Virus record (IMG/VR): IMGVR_UViG_3300032215_000682
Location: 51,637 to 115,636 of that record
DNA length: 64,000 bases
Origin: a virus
Strand: one strand, 5' to 3'
The notes under the pieces are model-generated. The model saw only the letters and a program-made list of their open reading frames with translations. It did not search any database and was not told the origin of the DNA. Below are positions 20,092 to 31,621 of this stretch, one piece after another (the first letter of the stretch is position 1; each line of letters opens with the position of its first letter). Both the position numbers and the translations under genes were made by a program.

Positions 20092-22020
20092 TTAAAGAAC
20101 AACTGGAGGCAATTGTATAGGGCTAGATTGAAGGTATGAATTAATTGCCACCTCAAATTGTTTACCTGTAGTTTCAGGAAAGTAAAAATGATACTCAAAT
20201 TTTTCATCTTTATGTCTAGCAAATGAACCATCAGGAGTTTCATAATCATAGTTCAATACATATTCATCATAATATTGATCTAAGTCAGTCATGAAATGCC
20301 AGATTTTCATATCTCTTTCAGCAGGATCAGCAGCCCAAGGGTCATTAAAATAACTTCTTGAAAGCCTTTCAAATTCTGCTACAAACCTACCATTACCTGA
20401 AGGATATTTTACTTCCTGTACAAGTGTTACAGGCCATGTATGACCACAAAGTTGTGTATAGTCATTTATATCAGGATTTCTTTCTGAAATTTCTATGAAC
20501 AATGGATCACTTTCATAAGGCACTGCATCAAAGAAACATTCTTGAGATTGTCTTGCAACATAAGCACTTTCAAATTTAACACCACAAACACAATTAGTAC
20601 CATAAATATTACCATCAACTTCAGTCCACCTAATACCTTGGAAGGCAGCAGGAGCAGTGAATGTGTAATTTTGAATGTCACATGTATCACATGCTATATT
20701 ATCAGAAACTCCTGTTATTTGATATACAGATGTACAATCAGAAGTGTTATTACTTACAAGAGTTACACCATTTCCATATATTGATTGCAACACTGCAAGA
20801 GATGTACCACCACAAGCAGGATTTTCAAGAGTTATTTGGAAATATGTTTGAGCTTTAGTACATGTTCCTACATTAGTCCAAGCTGTTGTCAATCCAGGGC
20901 CTGTAAGACTACAAGTATTTTCTTGTACATCTATAAAAGCTACAACATCACCTGCTGTTACAGGACTAAGTGTGCTAGTTGATTTATGTACTTCATAAAT
21001 AGAAGAACCATATTGATATGCAAGTCTTATTGCTGTAGTGTCTGAATAATTTGATTTAAGAGTGGTAAGAGCACTTGCATTACCAGCATCAGTTCTTGTT
21101 ACAGTGTAAATATACAAAGCAGCATTGTATGTATAACCAGAAGGACATGATGTACAATTTGGTATAATACTAGAATCTAGAGATTGATAAGCTGCTGGAG
21201 CACTAGCAATAGCAGGTTGACTAAATTGATAAGTGCTATAAGCATCTATTCTATTTATTCTTGTTATTACAAGTCCTGGATATTGTGCTTGCACAGAAGC
21301 CAAAGCATCTGGTGTACCTGCATCAAGTACAGTGAGATTATAATTTGTGTAATTAGTAGTGGTATATCCTGAAGGTGTACCACAATTAAGCAATTTAGTA
21401 GCTTTTACATATTTAGAAAGATATTGACCACCAACTGTCTTTCTACCATTTACCATTGTACCTGCAACTTTTCTACCATTTATTGCATTTATAATAGCAT
21501 CAGCTACTACATTACAATCAGTAGTGGCAGCACAATTATCAACACAATCACTTGCACAAGGAAGTGTAATAGTTATTTCTTCTACTAAATATCTCCTTTG
21601 GTCAGGAAAAAAGTTAAGAATTGGTTGACCTGAAAGTTTTATCCAGAATGTATATACTTGTCCTGGATTTGCTGTCAATGTTTTTGAAGCATTAACACCA
21701 TCATAACCAAGAGTAACAATTCTATTCTGTGGTCTTTGAGAAGCTTTACCCACCCAACTTTTAATGAGTTTACCATTAATTACAGGTGTTTTATAGGTTT
21801 CATTACCTAAAGCTGCACCATCTGGTAGCATACTCCTATCTTCTGTTCCTTGAGCTATTACAAGCTTTGGAGAAACATTATAAGATGGAGCTGTTTGAGC
21901 TTGCCATGTTTTTGCATCAAATACACCTATCTGACCAACTGCTAAGTCTGTAGTAGTGCCTGAGCTAAGAAGAGTACCTGTAGTGGCTACAAAGCAATTT
22001 CTGTAGGATTTATATGCCAT
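20092..22020 (-). CDS. Auxiliary capsid / major structural protein with Cys-rich insertion
   Basis: 642 aa with an N-terminal LAVGQIGVFD motif, at the crAss-like position after MCP and ring genes. Confidence 0.6.
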   Translation of the reverse strand: MAYKSYRNCFVATTGTLLSSGTTTDLAVGQIGVFDAKTWQAQTAPSYNVSPKLVIAQGTEDRSMLPDGAALGNETYKTPVINGKLIKSWVGKASQRPQNRIVTLGYDGVNASKTLTANPGQVYTFWIKLSGQPILNFFPDQRRYLVEEITITLPCASDCVDNCAATTDCNVVADAIINAINGRKVAGTMVNGRKTVGGQYLSKYVKATKLLNCGTPSGYTTTNYTNYNLTVLDAGTPDALASVQAQYPGLVITRINRIDAYSTYQFSQPAIASAPAAYQSLDSSIIPNCTSCPSGYTYNAALYIYTVTRTDAGNASALTTLKSNYSDTTAIRLAYQYGSSIYEVHKSTSTLSPVTAGDVVAFIDVQENTCSLTGPGLTTAWTNVGTCTKAQTYFQITLENPACGGTSLAVLQSIYGNGVTLVSNNTSDCTSVYQITGVSDNIACDTCDIQNYTFTAPAAFQGIRWTEVDGNIYGTNCVCGVKFESAYVARQSQECFFDAVPYESDPLFIEISERNPDINDYTQLCGHTWPVTLVQEVKYPSGNGRFVAEFERLSRSYFNDPWAADPAERDMKIWHFMTDLDQYYDEYVLNYDYETPDGSFARHKDEKFEYHFYFPETTGKQFEVAINSYLQSSPIQLPPVVL

Positions 22021-22032
22021 TTGTTTTTATTT

Positions 22033-22695
22033 TTATGATTCTGAATTTATTCTATCTTTTGCTAAAGCCACTCCTAATTGATTTTCATAATTTCTCATGA
22101 ATTCCTCAGCAGCTCTACTTATTATTTGATCTACATATTGTTCTGAAAGTATAATTGGAGCATTAGTAGAAGCTGTTCCATCTATTTTTATATAACCTTC
22201 AATATCTAATGGAGGAATAAGTTTGAAATATTCAACATCCACTTTTAAAATTTCAAAGTCTGTTTTATAAACTCTTAATTTATTATTTTGAATTGTTAAA
22301 AAACTCCATTCCCATTCAAAACTTGGCTTATTAAATTCATCAAAATATACAATTTGTTTATTTGGATTTTTTATTTCTCTAAGCCTTATTGTTCTTTTAC
22401 AATTTCCTTTTTTAGCTAAACATTTGGCATCTATGAATTCATAAAATTCATTTGTAAAACTAAAATCAGAATATTCATCATAAACAGTAGGAGAAACAAT
22501 TGAAACAGATTTAACAAGTTCTTGAATAGAATCTATTAGAATAGAATTCTTATTTTTTAACTGTTGATCTACCCATCTATTCTTTTGCTCATTAAATATA
22601 GTGATGAATCTTCCCTTATCACAAGTTCTATTAGCTCCTGTGTTATTCCTATTTATTTTTATTAGAAATTTTGAATAACATTCTTGTGGGGACAT
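22033..22695 (-). CDS. Tail ring / neck protein
   Basis: Conserved crAss-like gene two places downstream of MCP. Confidence 0.55.
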   Translation of the reverse strand: MSPQECYSKFLIKINRNNTGANRTCDKGRFITIFNEQKNRWVDQQLKNKNSILIDSIQELVKSVSIVSPTVYDEYSDFSFTNEFYEFIDAKCLAKKGNCKRTIRLREIKNPNKQIVYFDEFNKPSFEWEWSFLTIQNNKLRVYKTDFEILKVDVEYFKLIPPLDIEGYIKIDGTASTNAPIILSEQYVDQIISRAAEEFMRNYENQLGVALAKDRINSES

Positions 22696-22738
22696 TTTCT
22701 ATTTGTTTGTTTGTGTATGATTTAGTTATAAATCATCA

Positions 22739-23674
22739 TTAGCCAGCTATATTTTTTCTATTAGCTTCATGTTTTTTAACTTTTCCTATTAATTCAGCAA
22801 GTTCACCTGCCATATCTGGAGTTTTAAAATATTCAATACTTTCTTTTTCTGTACCTCTATAATTTAATCCACCTCTGTAGAAAAGTTTATCTGAACTATT
22901 ATATTTTATAATACCATAAATAACAGCCCTTTTAAATGTGTTAGCTATTATAAGTTCTTCATTAGAAAGTTTACAAGCTTCAAAGAATGCTTCTAATGTA
23001 TTTTCATATTTATTACCTTCTGTTGTATAAGTTTCTAAATCTTCTTCAAGTTTATCAAAACTTATATTTTTCTTAGGTTTGAGTCCTAAATAGAAAGTTA
23101 CATTCCAAGCTCTATCATATCCTGTTTGCTCATCTTCAAAAAGAGCAGTCATTTCAACACTTCTCTTTCTTTCCATCCTAATTTTAGTTTTGTTAAAAGA
23201 CACTTCTTCTTCTTCAGAAGTAAGATAGAATTTAGCATTTCTAAATCTAGGGTCATGCATTTCTGATTTAGAGAAAGGTATATCACCCCTTCTCTTTAAT
23301 ACTATCAATGCAAGTTCATCCATTGGATTGGATTCAGGATGAAATTCTCTAACATTTCCTTTCATATCTACTACAAAAGGTATGACATATCCATCCCAAA
23401 ATTGAACATTTTTATATGACAAGTCATCTATACCAGTGAGAGCTTGAAGTTGTTCCCTCTTTTCTTTCACTTCTTTTTGTTTGGCTTCTCTTTCTTTCTT
23501 ATCTTGTATTCTAAGAATTTGAGGATCATTTTCATCAAATCCTGTTAAATGTCTATTAAGATTGGAATCAAAAAGAGGACAAAGATAATCACCTGTGTTA
23601 GGATATTTAGACAAATTATACTGTCCTAACTGTTCATATTTATTTACTTTCTGATATGCTTTTGTTGCTAACAT
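22739..23674 (-). CDS. Conserved crAss-like protein downstream of MCP
   Basis: Synteny; TGFDE and KFYL motifs. Confidence 0.55.
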   Translation of the reverse strand: MLATKAYQKVNKYEQLGQYNLSKYPNTGDYLCPLFDSNLNRHLTGFDENDPQILRIQDKKEREAKQKEVKEKREQLQALTGIDDLSYKNVQFWDGYVIPFVVDMKGNVREFHPESNPMDELALIVLKRRGDIPFSKSEMHDPRFRNAKFYLTSEEEEVSFNKTKIRMERKRSVEMTALFEDEQTGYDRAWNVTFYLGLKPKKNISFDKLEEDLETYTTEGNKYENTLEAFFEACKLSNEELIIANTFKRAVIYGIIKYNSSDKLFYRGGLNYRGTEKESIEYFKTPDMAGELAELIGKVKKHEANRKNIAG

Positions 23675-23705
23675 TTTATTGGTTTTTGTTTGCGTTTATT
23701 TTAAA

Positions 23706-25367
23706 TTAATTATAGTTGTTTTGTATAGCATCCAACTCAACAAGTACACTGCGGGTAGGATCTTTTAACCATATAGAAGATTGACCTTCTGCTATCATTC
23801 TAAATCCATCTGTAGCACTTGATGCAACACCATATTTACCTGAATAAAGTCCATAAGGAGATGTTCTACCATTTATAATTGTAAATTTAGTGGCAGGCAT
23901 TCCAGAGTTTCTCACCATGAAAACATTAGCATTCTTATTAGCACCATCCATAAATTCTATAGAAGAACTTGGTGTAGCTGCATTTGTAGATTCACCATCT
24001 GTAACATCAAATATTGCAGAAGTGTAAGAATATCTACCATAAGCTCCTATTAGAGGCTCATCTGCTTTCCTAGATGTTTGTGCATCAAAAGCTGGATTGT
24101 ATTCAATTTCCACCCATCCTGTACCTGGAAGATACATTTTACTCACTTCAAAACCTGCACTAAGATTCATTCTATCACCTGATACAATACCAAGAGATTT
24201 ATTATCTAGCATCAAGCCAAATTGTGTAGCTGTTCTTTGAAGTTCTTCAGCAAAAATTCTTGTATATTCATTCACTGCACCTCTACCACCTTGCACTTTA
24301 AAATGCCTATCTTTAGGAGCAATATCAGGTCTTGAATAGAACAATGAACCAAAAGCATTCATAATAGCTTCTCTAGAATACCTAGGAATCCTATATCTAT
24401 TACCTTTTTTCATTTGGTCATACAAACCACCATTAATAAACATCTTCATACCTCTTGCACCCATAACCTCTCCAGGTTGTGCCCACATGAGTTCATTTTC
24501 TTCCATTCTAAGATATTCTTTAGCTATCATGATTTCCACCATTGAAGCCCAAGTAAGAGTACCTTTTTCTATTCCACCTTTTCCATCATTCTTACCAAAC
24601 ACAAGAGCAAACTCTTCTGATTGAGGAGACATCATAGAATTATATCTTTTTTCAAAATCTATATTCTTAGGAAGTTTCAATCTACTTGCAGAACCTGTAA
24701 TAGTGTATTCAACACCTCTCCAAGAACCAAGTTTATGAAGCAACTTCATCATTCCAGACTCTTCTACTATACCAGAGAATTGTTCTGAGAATTCATCTAT
24801 TCTATTAGACACTTTGAAGAATTGTGTTCCTGGAGACAAATAATATTTATCAAACCAAGAATTCTTTTTATCTACAGCTACAAGTTCCACTGTATATACA
24901 AAACCTTCACCCAATTGATCTCCAACTTCTCTAATAAAGAGATTTTGACCATCCCTAAAATCATATGTTATTGTATCACCTTTTTGGAATGTAGGCATGT
25001 TAGAACCATCACCAAGCAATACATCAAATGTTTGACCATCTATACCTGGTTTAATGTTTGTAACATCAGTGATGTCTTCCATCACCCTTACACCTTCAAG
25101 CTTATAAGGCATTGAGAATGTAAATTCACCATCATCACCATTTACATATATGACATTCTTTTGAAGTTCTGTCATTTTTATCAAAGGTGTGCTTATAAGT
25201 TGCATTTGATTCCATACATCTATAACACCCAAATATGTTCTTGAAATATCTTCACCCCATATATTGAATAAGTGGTTAGCATCTGAAAATATACCAGATG
25301 TTTTAAAAGCAGATTTCTTAACTACTAGGTTATTACCAAATGCACTAAAAGTAGGATATTGTGCCAT
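23706..25367 (-). CDS. Major capsid protein
   Basis: 553 aa, downstream of portal and scaffold. KPGIDGQTF, E.ELMW, GGLYDQM and C-terminal IWLKDPTRSVL match crAss-like MCPs. Confidence 0.85.
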   Translation of the reverse strand: MAQYPTFSAFGNNLVVKKSAFKTSGIFSDANHLFNIWGEDISRTYLGVIDVWNQMQLISTPLIKMTELQKNVIYVNGDDGEFTFSMPYKLEGVRVMEDITDVTNIKPGIDGQTFDVLLGDGSNMPTFQKGDTITYDFRDGQNLFIREVGDQLGEGFVYTVELVAVDKKNSWFDKYYLSPGTQFFKVSNRIDEFSEQFSGIVEESGMMKLLHKLGSWRGVEYTITGSASRLKLPKNIDFEKRYNSMMSPQSEEFALVFGKNDGKGGIEKGTLTWASMVEIMIAKEYLRMEENELMWAQPGEVMGARGMKMFINGGLYDQMKKGNRYRIPRYSREAIMNAFGSLFYSRPDIAPKDRHFKVQGGRGAVNEYTRIFAEELQRTATQFGLMLDNKSLGIVSGDRMNLSAGFEVSKMYLPGTGWVEIEYNPAFDAQTSRKADEPLIGAYGRYSYTSAIFDVTDGESTNAATPSSSIEFMDGANKNANVFMVRNSGMPATKFTIINGRTSPYGLYSGKYGVASSATDGFRMIAEGQSSIWLKDPTRSVLVELDAIQNNYN

Positions 25368-25383
25368 TTTTTATTGTTTAATA

Positions 25384-26559
25384 TTAAATTGTAAAAGGAT
25401 TCTTTTGTTTTGTTTTACTTGCAAATTCAGGAGCAAAAGTTGTTTTCTTTGTACCTTCACCTTGACTTCTCCTTAAAAAATCAAATGTAGCTTTTTTCAC
25501 TTCATTTGCTGTAACATTTTCATTTTCAAATTTATCAAAATCTTTTACAAATTTAACAAATTTATAATATTTTTTAGGATCTTGTTGTATTTCTAAAAAT
25601 TTAGCTCTAAAATCATTATTAACACCTTCTGGTGTATTTTTATATTCAAAGTAAAATTTTTCTAATTCTTTTTTTTCTCTATCAGGAAGATTGTCAGAAT
25701 GTATAAATTTCTTCATACTCTGATTAAATTGCTGTTCAGCAATCTTTCTTCTATTCTCATATTCTTTTTGAGCAGCTTGTGTAGCTTCTAATTCTTCTTT
25801 AACAGAATCTAATAGAAGAGTTTTATTTTCTGTAGCCTCATTCCTAAGAGCTTCATCACCTTCTTCTTTAAGAAAATTGATTTGTTTATCAGTCCAAGTT
25901 TTAGACTTACCAGCTCTTGTATAATATTCTCTAATTATTTCTTCACAACCTTCAGTTGTTTCAATATCAATAGCAGAAATATCTCTTTCTTGTTCAAATA
26001 TAGAAAGAATTTGTCTTGGATCACCATTATTAGCTTCAAACTCTACAAGTTGTTTAGCTACATCACCAAGAGTGTTTATTTTTTCTGAGACAGCATCTTC
26101 AGCTTGAGCTTTCACTTGTGCTTTAAGAAGTTCTCCAAATGAATTCTTATCAAATTCAAAAGTATCTCTACCATCAAAATCAATAAAAAGTCCTTCTTGA
26201 ACTAAATAATCCACTGCTGACTTATAATCAATATCTAAAGACTCAGAAGATTTTTCTTCTTTTACATCTTTAGACATTGGTTTTTTTTCTTTTTTAGCAG
26301 GAATTTCTGCTTTTTCTTCTGAGGATTTTTCCTCAATTTCTTCTTCCTCATCTTCTTCAAAAGCATCTAAATCTTTGATTTCAAGCTTTTTATTAGAAAG
26401 AGAATTAACAGATTCTTTAGTGGATTCTGTTTTTTCAATAACTTTTCCCTCTTCAGAGGCTTTCAATATATCTTTCTCAGACACATCTGGGGAAAGCATA
26501 TTATTTATTTCATCATCAGATAGGCTTTCTATCTGAATAGATCCTGGTGAATTGAACAT
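25384..26559 (-). CDS. Putative scaffold protein
   Basis: Highly acidic, disordered N-terminus and helical C-terminus; lies between portal and MCP. Confidence 0.6.
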   Translation of the reverse strand: MFNSPGSIQIESLSDDEINNMLSPDVSEKDILKASEEGKVIEKTESTKESVNSLSNKKLEIKDLDAFEEDEEEEIEEKSSEEKAEIPAKKEKKPMSKDVKEEKSSESLDIDYKSAVDYLVQEGLFIDFDGRDTFEFDKNSFGELLKAQVKAQAEDAVSEKINTLGDVAKQLVEFEANNGDPRQILSIFEQERDISAIDIETTEGCEEIIREYYTRAGKSKTWTDKQINFLKEEGDEALRNEATENKTLLLDSVKEELEATQAAQKEYENRRKIAEQQFNQSMKKFIHSDNLPDREKKELEKFYFEYKNTPEGVNNDFRAKFLEIQQDPKKYYKFVKFVKDFDKFENENVTANEVKKATFDFLRRSQGEGTKKTTFAPEFASKTKQKNPFTI

Positions 26560-26644
26560 ATGTGCTTATTGGTTTAATGTAAAAGTAATATTAATTTTTG
26601 ATTAAAAAAATTTTTTAAAAAGTCTAATTATTTATATAGTATAT

Positions 26645-26881
26645 TTATAACCAAATGTATTCTTCTTGACTTATCCATACTTTAATTCTATTAGAATTAG
26701 ACTCTTTTATTTTTTTTATAGTTTCTTCAGAATGCTTATACCATTTTCTATTTTCTACTATTAGATTTTTAGTAACATCAGACATTTTTCTTCCTTTATT
26801 ACCATGTTCTAATAATTTCTTATTTGGATGGCTTCCTTGCTTTTGCAATTTGTTTGTCTGCTTGTATTCTTTCTCTTTCAA
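26645..26881 (-). pseudogene. NUMOD3-only remnant of a homing endonuclease
   Basis: KGRKMSDVTK and KHSEETIKKIKES are NUMOD3-like motifs, with no nuclease domain. Overlaps the portal 3' end. Confidence 0.5.
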
Positions 26882-29519
26882 GGGTGGCTTTAATTTTAGA
26901 TTCTTTTTCTTTCAAATTAAGTTCTTTATCTTTTAGTTTGAGTTTGTCTCCTTCAAGTTTATTCTTCTTATTTTCAGCTTCTCTTTGTAAAGCAAGTTCT
27001 CTAATATGTTTAAGTTTTTCAAACTCTAATTTCTCAGCATCAAGAGATTGATTAGCAACATCTTGTATAAGAGCACCATCTTTAGTGTAGCCTGTAGCTT
27101 TTATTTCAGCTTCTCTAATTTTAGTTTCTCTATCAAGTTGCTTATTCATATTTTCATTTTCTCTAGCTTTTTCAGCCTCATCAGCAGCAACTTTCAATTG
27201 AGCATCTTGCATTTCTTTTTGTTGACTCTGCATAGCTTGTTCATTTTGATTAAGCTCACTTTCAGCTTGTTCTAACATCTTCTGAAGATCTTTAACACTA
27301 TTTGCAGCCACCATAGAGACAAGTTTACTCATTGGAAGCTTAGTGGTATTATTATTTATTGCAAGTTGTCTAATAGCTTCTAATTGTCTCTGAGCCTCTT
27401 GTGAATTAATTATATTAACACCCAAGTCTCTAAGCATTAAATCTGTACCATTAACTTTAATAAATGATTTACCAAGATCTGATGTAACATAAGACATTGT
27501 AATATCATCTTCTCTTAAAGCTACAAATTGAGCTATATCAAGATGCATTTTAAGCTTTCTTTTCTTATAATTATAGAATTTTTCAAAATAAGATTCTGTT
27601 TGAGCATAAGAGTTATTAACAGCTTGTGTTGTACCTGTAGCTGTTTCACTAGCTTGCACTTGTCCTGCTCTTTGTGGTGTAATTCCTATTTGCATATAAG
27701 CTTGTTGTTCTACAAGCATAGCAAGATTTATAAGAGCTTGTACTTTATCATGTTCTGACATATCCACTTGTTGAAAGTGTGCAAAGTTAGAACCTTGTGT
27801 ATTTTGAGGTCTAGCATCTACAATACCAAGCCCTAATGATTTAGCAATAGTCATAAATTTTTGAGCACCTTCTTCACTTCCCCAATCTTTTAATGAAGGA
27901 ATTATATTCACATCCATTAAAAAGAATTTACCAAGATTTTTTTGTGCTATTTCATATGCTTGATTATAAAGCATATTATAAAAGATTTGATAGGGCTTGA
28001 GCAAATCTACTAAAGCCATACTCCTACCATTTCTATTATTAAATATTTGTCCACAAACAGGAAGTTTAGAATTAAAAGGATTGTAATCACCTTTAAATTG
28101 GAATTCATTAGGAGCTATATCTAAATATATAGCCATTCCTTTCCTCTTTTCTTGATCCATATTGTAATTAGCATTAATTTTAATGCCTTTCCAAGTTTGA
28201 GGTGCCCATGTCCAACATATTGTATTAGGCTCATCAGAATCTCTAAAAGATTTATCTACTATTTCTATATCAAATAATTTAGGATTGAAATTCTCATCTA
28301 CTATATGTACTATAGGCTCTCCTGTTTGTTCATCTAATAGAATAAGCTTACCAATTTTTCTTTGAGATCTCCAATAAGCTTCTGTCACTTGAACTAAATC
28401 TCTTTGTGTAAAATAGTGATTAGAGCCATATAATAAATTATTTTCATTAGCTGCATCAAGAGAAGGAATACCTGCAAGAGGAAGTCCTGAATGTGGATCA
28501 AATCCTAATGTATTCACTTGACTAGCAAAATCTCTATACCCATCCCAAGGATACATTGTAGCATTAAAAAATTCTGTATAAACATCTTCAGATGTACCTT
28601 TCTTATAATATTCTGGATAGAGGCTTTCTATTTCATCTTGAGTCATTTTCCATCCATATCTATCTATTATTTGAGCTTTAGATATAAAAAACACTCTTCC
28701 TATAAAATCTCCTTCTTCTAAATATCTTACTTCAGGACTATAATGAAAGAATGTATTTATTGGATTCCAATTCTCAACATCATATCCTGTAGATGTTAAA
28801 TAATAATGTGCAAAACATCTATCTGCCACTAAAACATCTTCAAATTGTTCTTGTTCTTTTTCTCTTATATAAAGCTTCTCTGTATCATTAAGAATAATAC
28901 TCTCACCCCATGATTCAGCAGCACTTCTATAGTCATATCTCATGTATTTTTCAATAGACTTAGGTGTTAGCTCTTGTTCTTTCTGTTGTAAATCTTTTTG
29001 ATAAGCATCTGCTTCTTCTTGACTTTGAAAGTCTTTTTTATTAACATCAACACCTTGTCTCTGAAGTTTCATCATCACTTCTTTATGCACTTCTCCTTGC
29101 ATATAAGATTGTAACATTTCTGTTTTAGTTCTAAGGAATTCAGAATCTGCTTCATTGCCAGAAGCACTCACCCTAAATATATCAGGTCTTTTTATAAATT
29201 CTCCCACTAGAATATTAACAGCTTTAGATGTAATATCATAATGCTTTAAATATTTAGGAATGGAAAATTCTTGAGCAACAGTGCTAGACAAATCTGCTAT
29301 ATCTTCTTTATCAAAATAATGTTCAGCAATAAATCTGCCTTTGATTATTTCATAATTTTCTTTAAGAGCAAGATTTTGAACAAATTGTATTCTGCCTATG
29401 CTCTCTAATGAATCCATACAGTCTTTACCCCACTTTCCCTTGTCTTGTAACTTTCTTTTTAAAGGTACTTGTTGTGGCGGAAGTTGAGCGTTTATACTTT
29501 TGTTTATATTATTTAACAT
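26820..29519 (-). CDS. Portal protein
   Basis: 899 aa after the terminase. HYDI....N.L.GE..KRP, KPYQIFYN, GITPQR.GQ...ETATG and a coiled-coil C-terminus. Confidence 0.9.
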   Translation of the reverse strand: MLNNINKSINAQLPPQQVPLKRKLQDKGKWGKDCMDSLESIGRIQFVQNLALKENYEIIKGRFIAEHYFDKEDIADLSSTVAQEFSIPKYLKHYDITSKAVNILVGEFIKRPDIFRVSASGNEADSEFLRTKTEMLQSYMQGEVHKEVMMKLQRQGVDVNKKDFQSQEEADAYQKDLQQKEQELTPKSIEKYMRYDYRSAAESWGESIILNDTEKLYIREKEQEQFEDVLVADRCFAHYYLTSTGYDVENWNPINTFFHYSPEVRYLEEGDFIGRVFFISKAQIIDRYGWKMTQDEIESLYPEYYKKGTSEDVYTEFFNATMYPWDGYRDFASQVNTLGFDPHSGLPLAGIPSLDAANENNLLYGSNHYFTQRDLVQVTEAYWRSQRKIGKLILLDEQTGEPIVHIVDENFNPKLFDIEIVDKSFRDSDEPNTICWTWAPQTWKGIKINANYNMDQEKRKGMAIYLDIAPNEFQFKGDYNPFNSKLPVCGQIFNNRNGRSMALVDLLKPYQIFYNMLYNQAYEIAQKNLGKFFLMDVNIIPSLKDWGSEEGAQKFMTIAKSLGLGIVDARPQNTQGSNFAHFQQVDMSEHDKVQALINLAMLVEQQAYMQIGITPQRAGQVQASETATGTTQAVNNSYAQTESYFEKFYNYKKRKLKMHLDIAQFVALREDDITMSYVTSDLGKSFIKVNGTDLMLRDLGVNIINSQEAQRQLEAIRQLAINNNTTKLPMSKLVSMVAANSVKDLQKMLEQAESELNQNEQAMQSQQKEMQDAQLKVAADEAEKARENENMNKQLDRETKIREAEIKATGYTKDGALIQDVANQSLDAEKLEFEKLKHIRELALQREAENKKNKLEGDKLKLKDKELNLKEKESKIKATLERERIQADKQIAKARKPSK

Positions 29520-29526
29520 TTATTAT

Positions 29527-31620
29527 TTATTTTATTCCTGTAAAAGGAGAATTATTATATTTTCTTTTATTTTCACTAAAAGGATTATTTATTTTTTGAC
29601 TTTCCATTCCTATAAATGGTGTTGTGATATGTCTTTTAGGAATATAAGTTTCACTTTTTCCAATAGAAGCTACATCAAAATTTGTTAATGGTGTTGCTAT
29701 ATCTAAGTATCTTGCTGCTGTTAAACAATGCCCAAAACCAATGATTCTATCATAGTTTCCATCATGCACACCTTTATTACTAGAAGATTTACCCTTATAT
29801 TCTATCATTTCTTCAAGAAGCATTACATCTGGAATTCTACAACATCCCATTTTTATTACTTCTTCCCCATCTTTATCATACATGTATATTTCTTCTTTGG
29901 TGTATTCCACCATAATATTCATGTAATATTTTTGATTAACTGTTGTAGCAGCAAGTCCTTTATTTCTTTTAGCAAATGTTAGAGGATTTATTTGTTTAGC
30001 AAGTTCTTGGGATTCTAATAGAAGATGATCTTTATTTTTTAAATAAAAATATTGTATAAGAGTTTTATCTTCATTCTCTGGAAGTCCTAGAGCATTATAA
30101 TATTCACATACATCTACACAAAGTCTATGAAAATCTTTCACTTCTTTACATCTTCCTGTAAAAGAACAAACAACACTATTTTGATATTCTCCAAGAGGTG
30201 TATACATTCTTTTAAAAACATATATACTTCCTAAAGAGTTTATTTTATCACTAGATTCATTTTCATTATAAGGGTCAATTCCTACAACATAAGTTCCAAA
30301 TGGTAGTCCTTCTATTGGATGCTCATATATAACTACAGGAGCTTCTTTAATATCTTTAGGGCCAACAGGAAATTTTAATATTGGTTTTAAATTAGATTCT
30401 TTATATTCTACTTTATTATTTTCATCTCTATATAATTGTACACATAAAGGTTCATAGTGTTTTTCTAATTCATTTTTATGACCTTTAATAGCATCAACAG
30501 GAAAATTGTTATTAGAATCTGAAAGGAAAACATCATCTACTGTAAGTGGGTAGTACATCTTCCACTTGTGGTACATTGCTGTATCATTAGAATTTAAAAA
30601 TGCATCAAGTTCTTTTTTTATTGTTTCTCTAGCTAATACTTTATCAGATATTTTTATAGTGGTAATCCATAATTCTGAATCTTTAGGTATTTCTAATAGA
30701 ACACTAGTGTCAAGCAGGTGTTGAGCAAGTGTTGTTATATACTTACAATCACTTCTGTATTCTCCTGATAAAAATATACCTGTCACTCTACCATCTTCTT
30801 GTACTTCAGAAATTAGATTATGAGCATCTGGATTAAAGAATAATTGTTTAGCATCAAAAGCATTTTCAACATTACCTCCTGTACCCATTAGCATTGGAAT
30901 ACAAGTCCATCCAAATTCATTAAGCATTGCTGGTTTAGAACCTATAAATGCTGAAAGAAATTCTGCCTTACCTATTTCATCCCATATATTACATTTAAGT
31001 CTTGAAACACCAGCAGCCTTTTCTGTACTTTTACCTCCTGATGTATTTCTAATCACATATTGAGAATACACATCATTATCATTATTCTTTCTTTTAACTC
31101 CAAGTAACACCCTCTCATCACTCCAATCTCTTGTAATCCTTGGTATTCTAAATGGTTTAGAACAATTTAATAGACCATAATCAAGAGAAGCTGTTAAGTT
31201 ATTAAGGTCATCTTTACTTGTTCCCATTAAAAGATTTTGACCTCCTTTAAATAATATACCAGATCTACCTGCATAAGAAGATTGTACTGTCGTCTTACTG
31301 AATTGTCTAAGGCCCATTATTCCTATACCTTTTCTTGTTCTTTCAGCTTCTAATAGAATGTCATTAAACTTTAATTCATTATCTCTAAAAGTAGGTGTAA
31401 TAGTAATGGGTACAGGTTCTCCCCAATCAGAAAGTTTAGAACCTTCTATCTTCCAATGATTAAGATGCCAATAAAGCCATCCTGACATTTGCCATCCATC
31501 AATATTAATTCCTCTCTCTACTTTTCTTCTTTCTTCATTCCAGAATTCTTTATATCCAACATCATCTGGATGCCAGGGAATTGTTTTCTCATCCATGTGG
31601 ATGAACATTTGTACATTCAT
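29527..31620 (-). CDS. terL: Terminase large subunit
   Basis: RQFSKT Walker A-like motif, DEIGK Walker B, GTGG, nuclease GIDPY and GNYDRI. Confidence 0.9.
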   Translation of the reverse strand: MNVQMFIHMDEKTIPWHPDDVGYKEFWNEERRKVERGINIDGWQMSGWLYWHLNHWKIEGSKLSDWGEPVPITITPTFRDNELKFNDILLEAERTRKGIGIMGLRQFSKTTVQSSYAGRSGILFKGGQNLLMGTSKDDLNNLTASLDYGLLNCSKPFRIPRITRDWSDERVLLGVKRKNNDNDVYSQYVIRNTSGGKSTEKAAGVSRLKCNIWDEIGKAEFLSAFIGSKPAMLNEFGWTCIPMLMGTGGNVENAFDAKQLFFNPDAHNLISEVQEDGRVTGIFLSGEYRSDCKYITTLAQHLLDTSVLLEIPKDSELWITTIKISDKVLARETIKKELDAFLNSNDTAMYHKWKMYYPLTVDDVFLSDSNNNFPVDAIKGHKNELEKHYEPLCVQLYRDENNKVEYKESNLKPILKFPVGPKDIKEAPVVIYEHPIEGLPFGTYVVGIDPYNENESSDKINSLGSIYVFKRMYTPLGEYQNSVVCSFTGRCKEVKDFHRLCVDVCEYYNALGLPENEDKTLIQYFYLKNKDHLLLESQELAKQINPLTFAKRNKGLAATTVNQKYYMNIMVEYTKEEIYMYDKDGEEVIKMGCCRIPDVMLLEEMIEYKGKSSSNKGVHDGNYDRIIGFGHCLTAARYLDIATPLTNFDVASIGKSETYIPKRHITTPFIGMESQKINNPFSENKRKYNNSPFTGIK

Positions 31621-31621
31621 A

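Noticed and set aside
23706-31620. Introns or inteins in terL, portal or MCP
   Set aside because: The ORFs are continuous, of expected size, and show no intein splice motifs.
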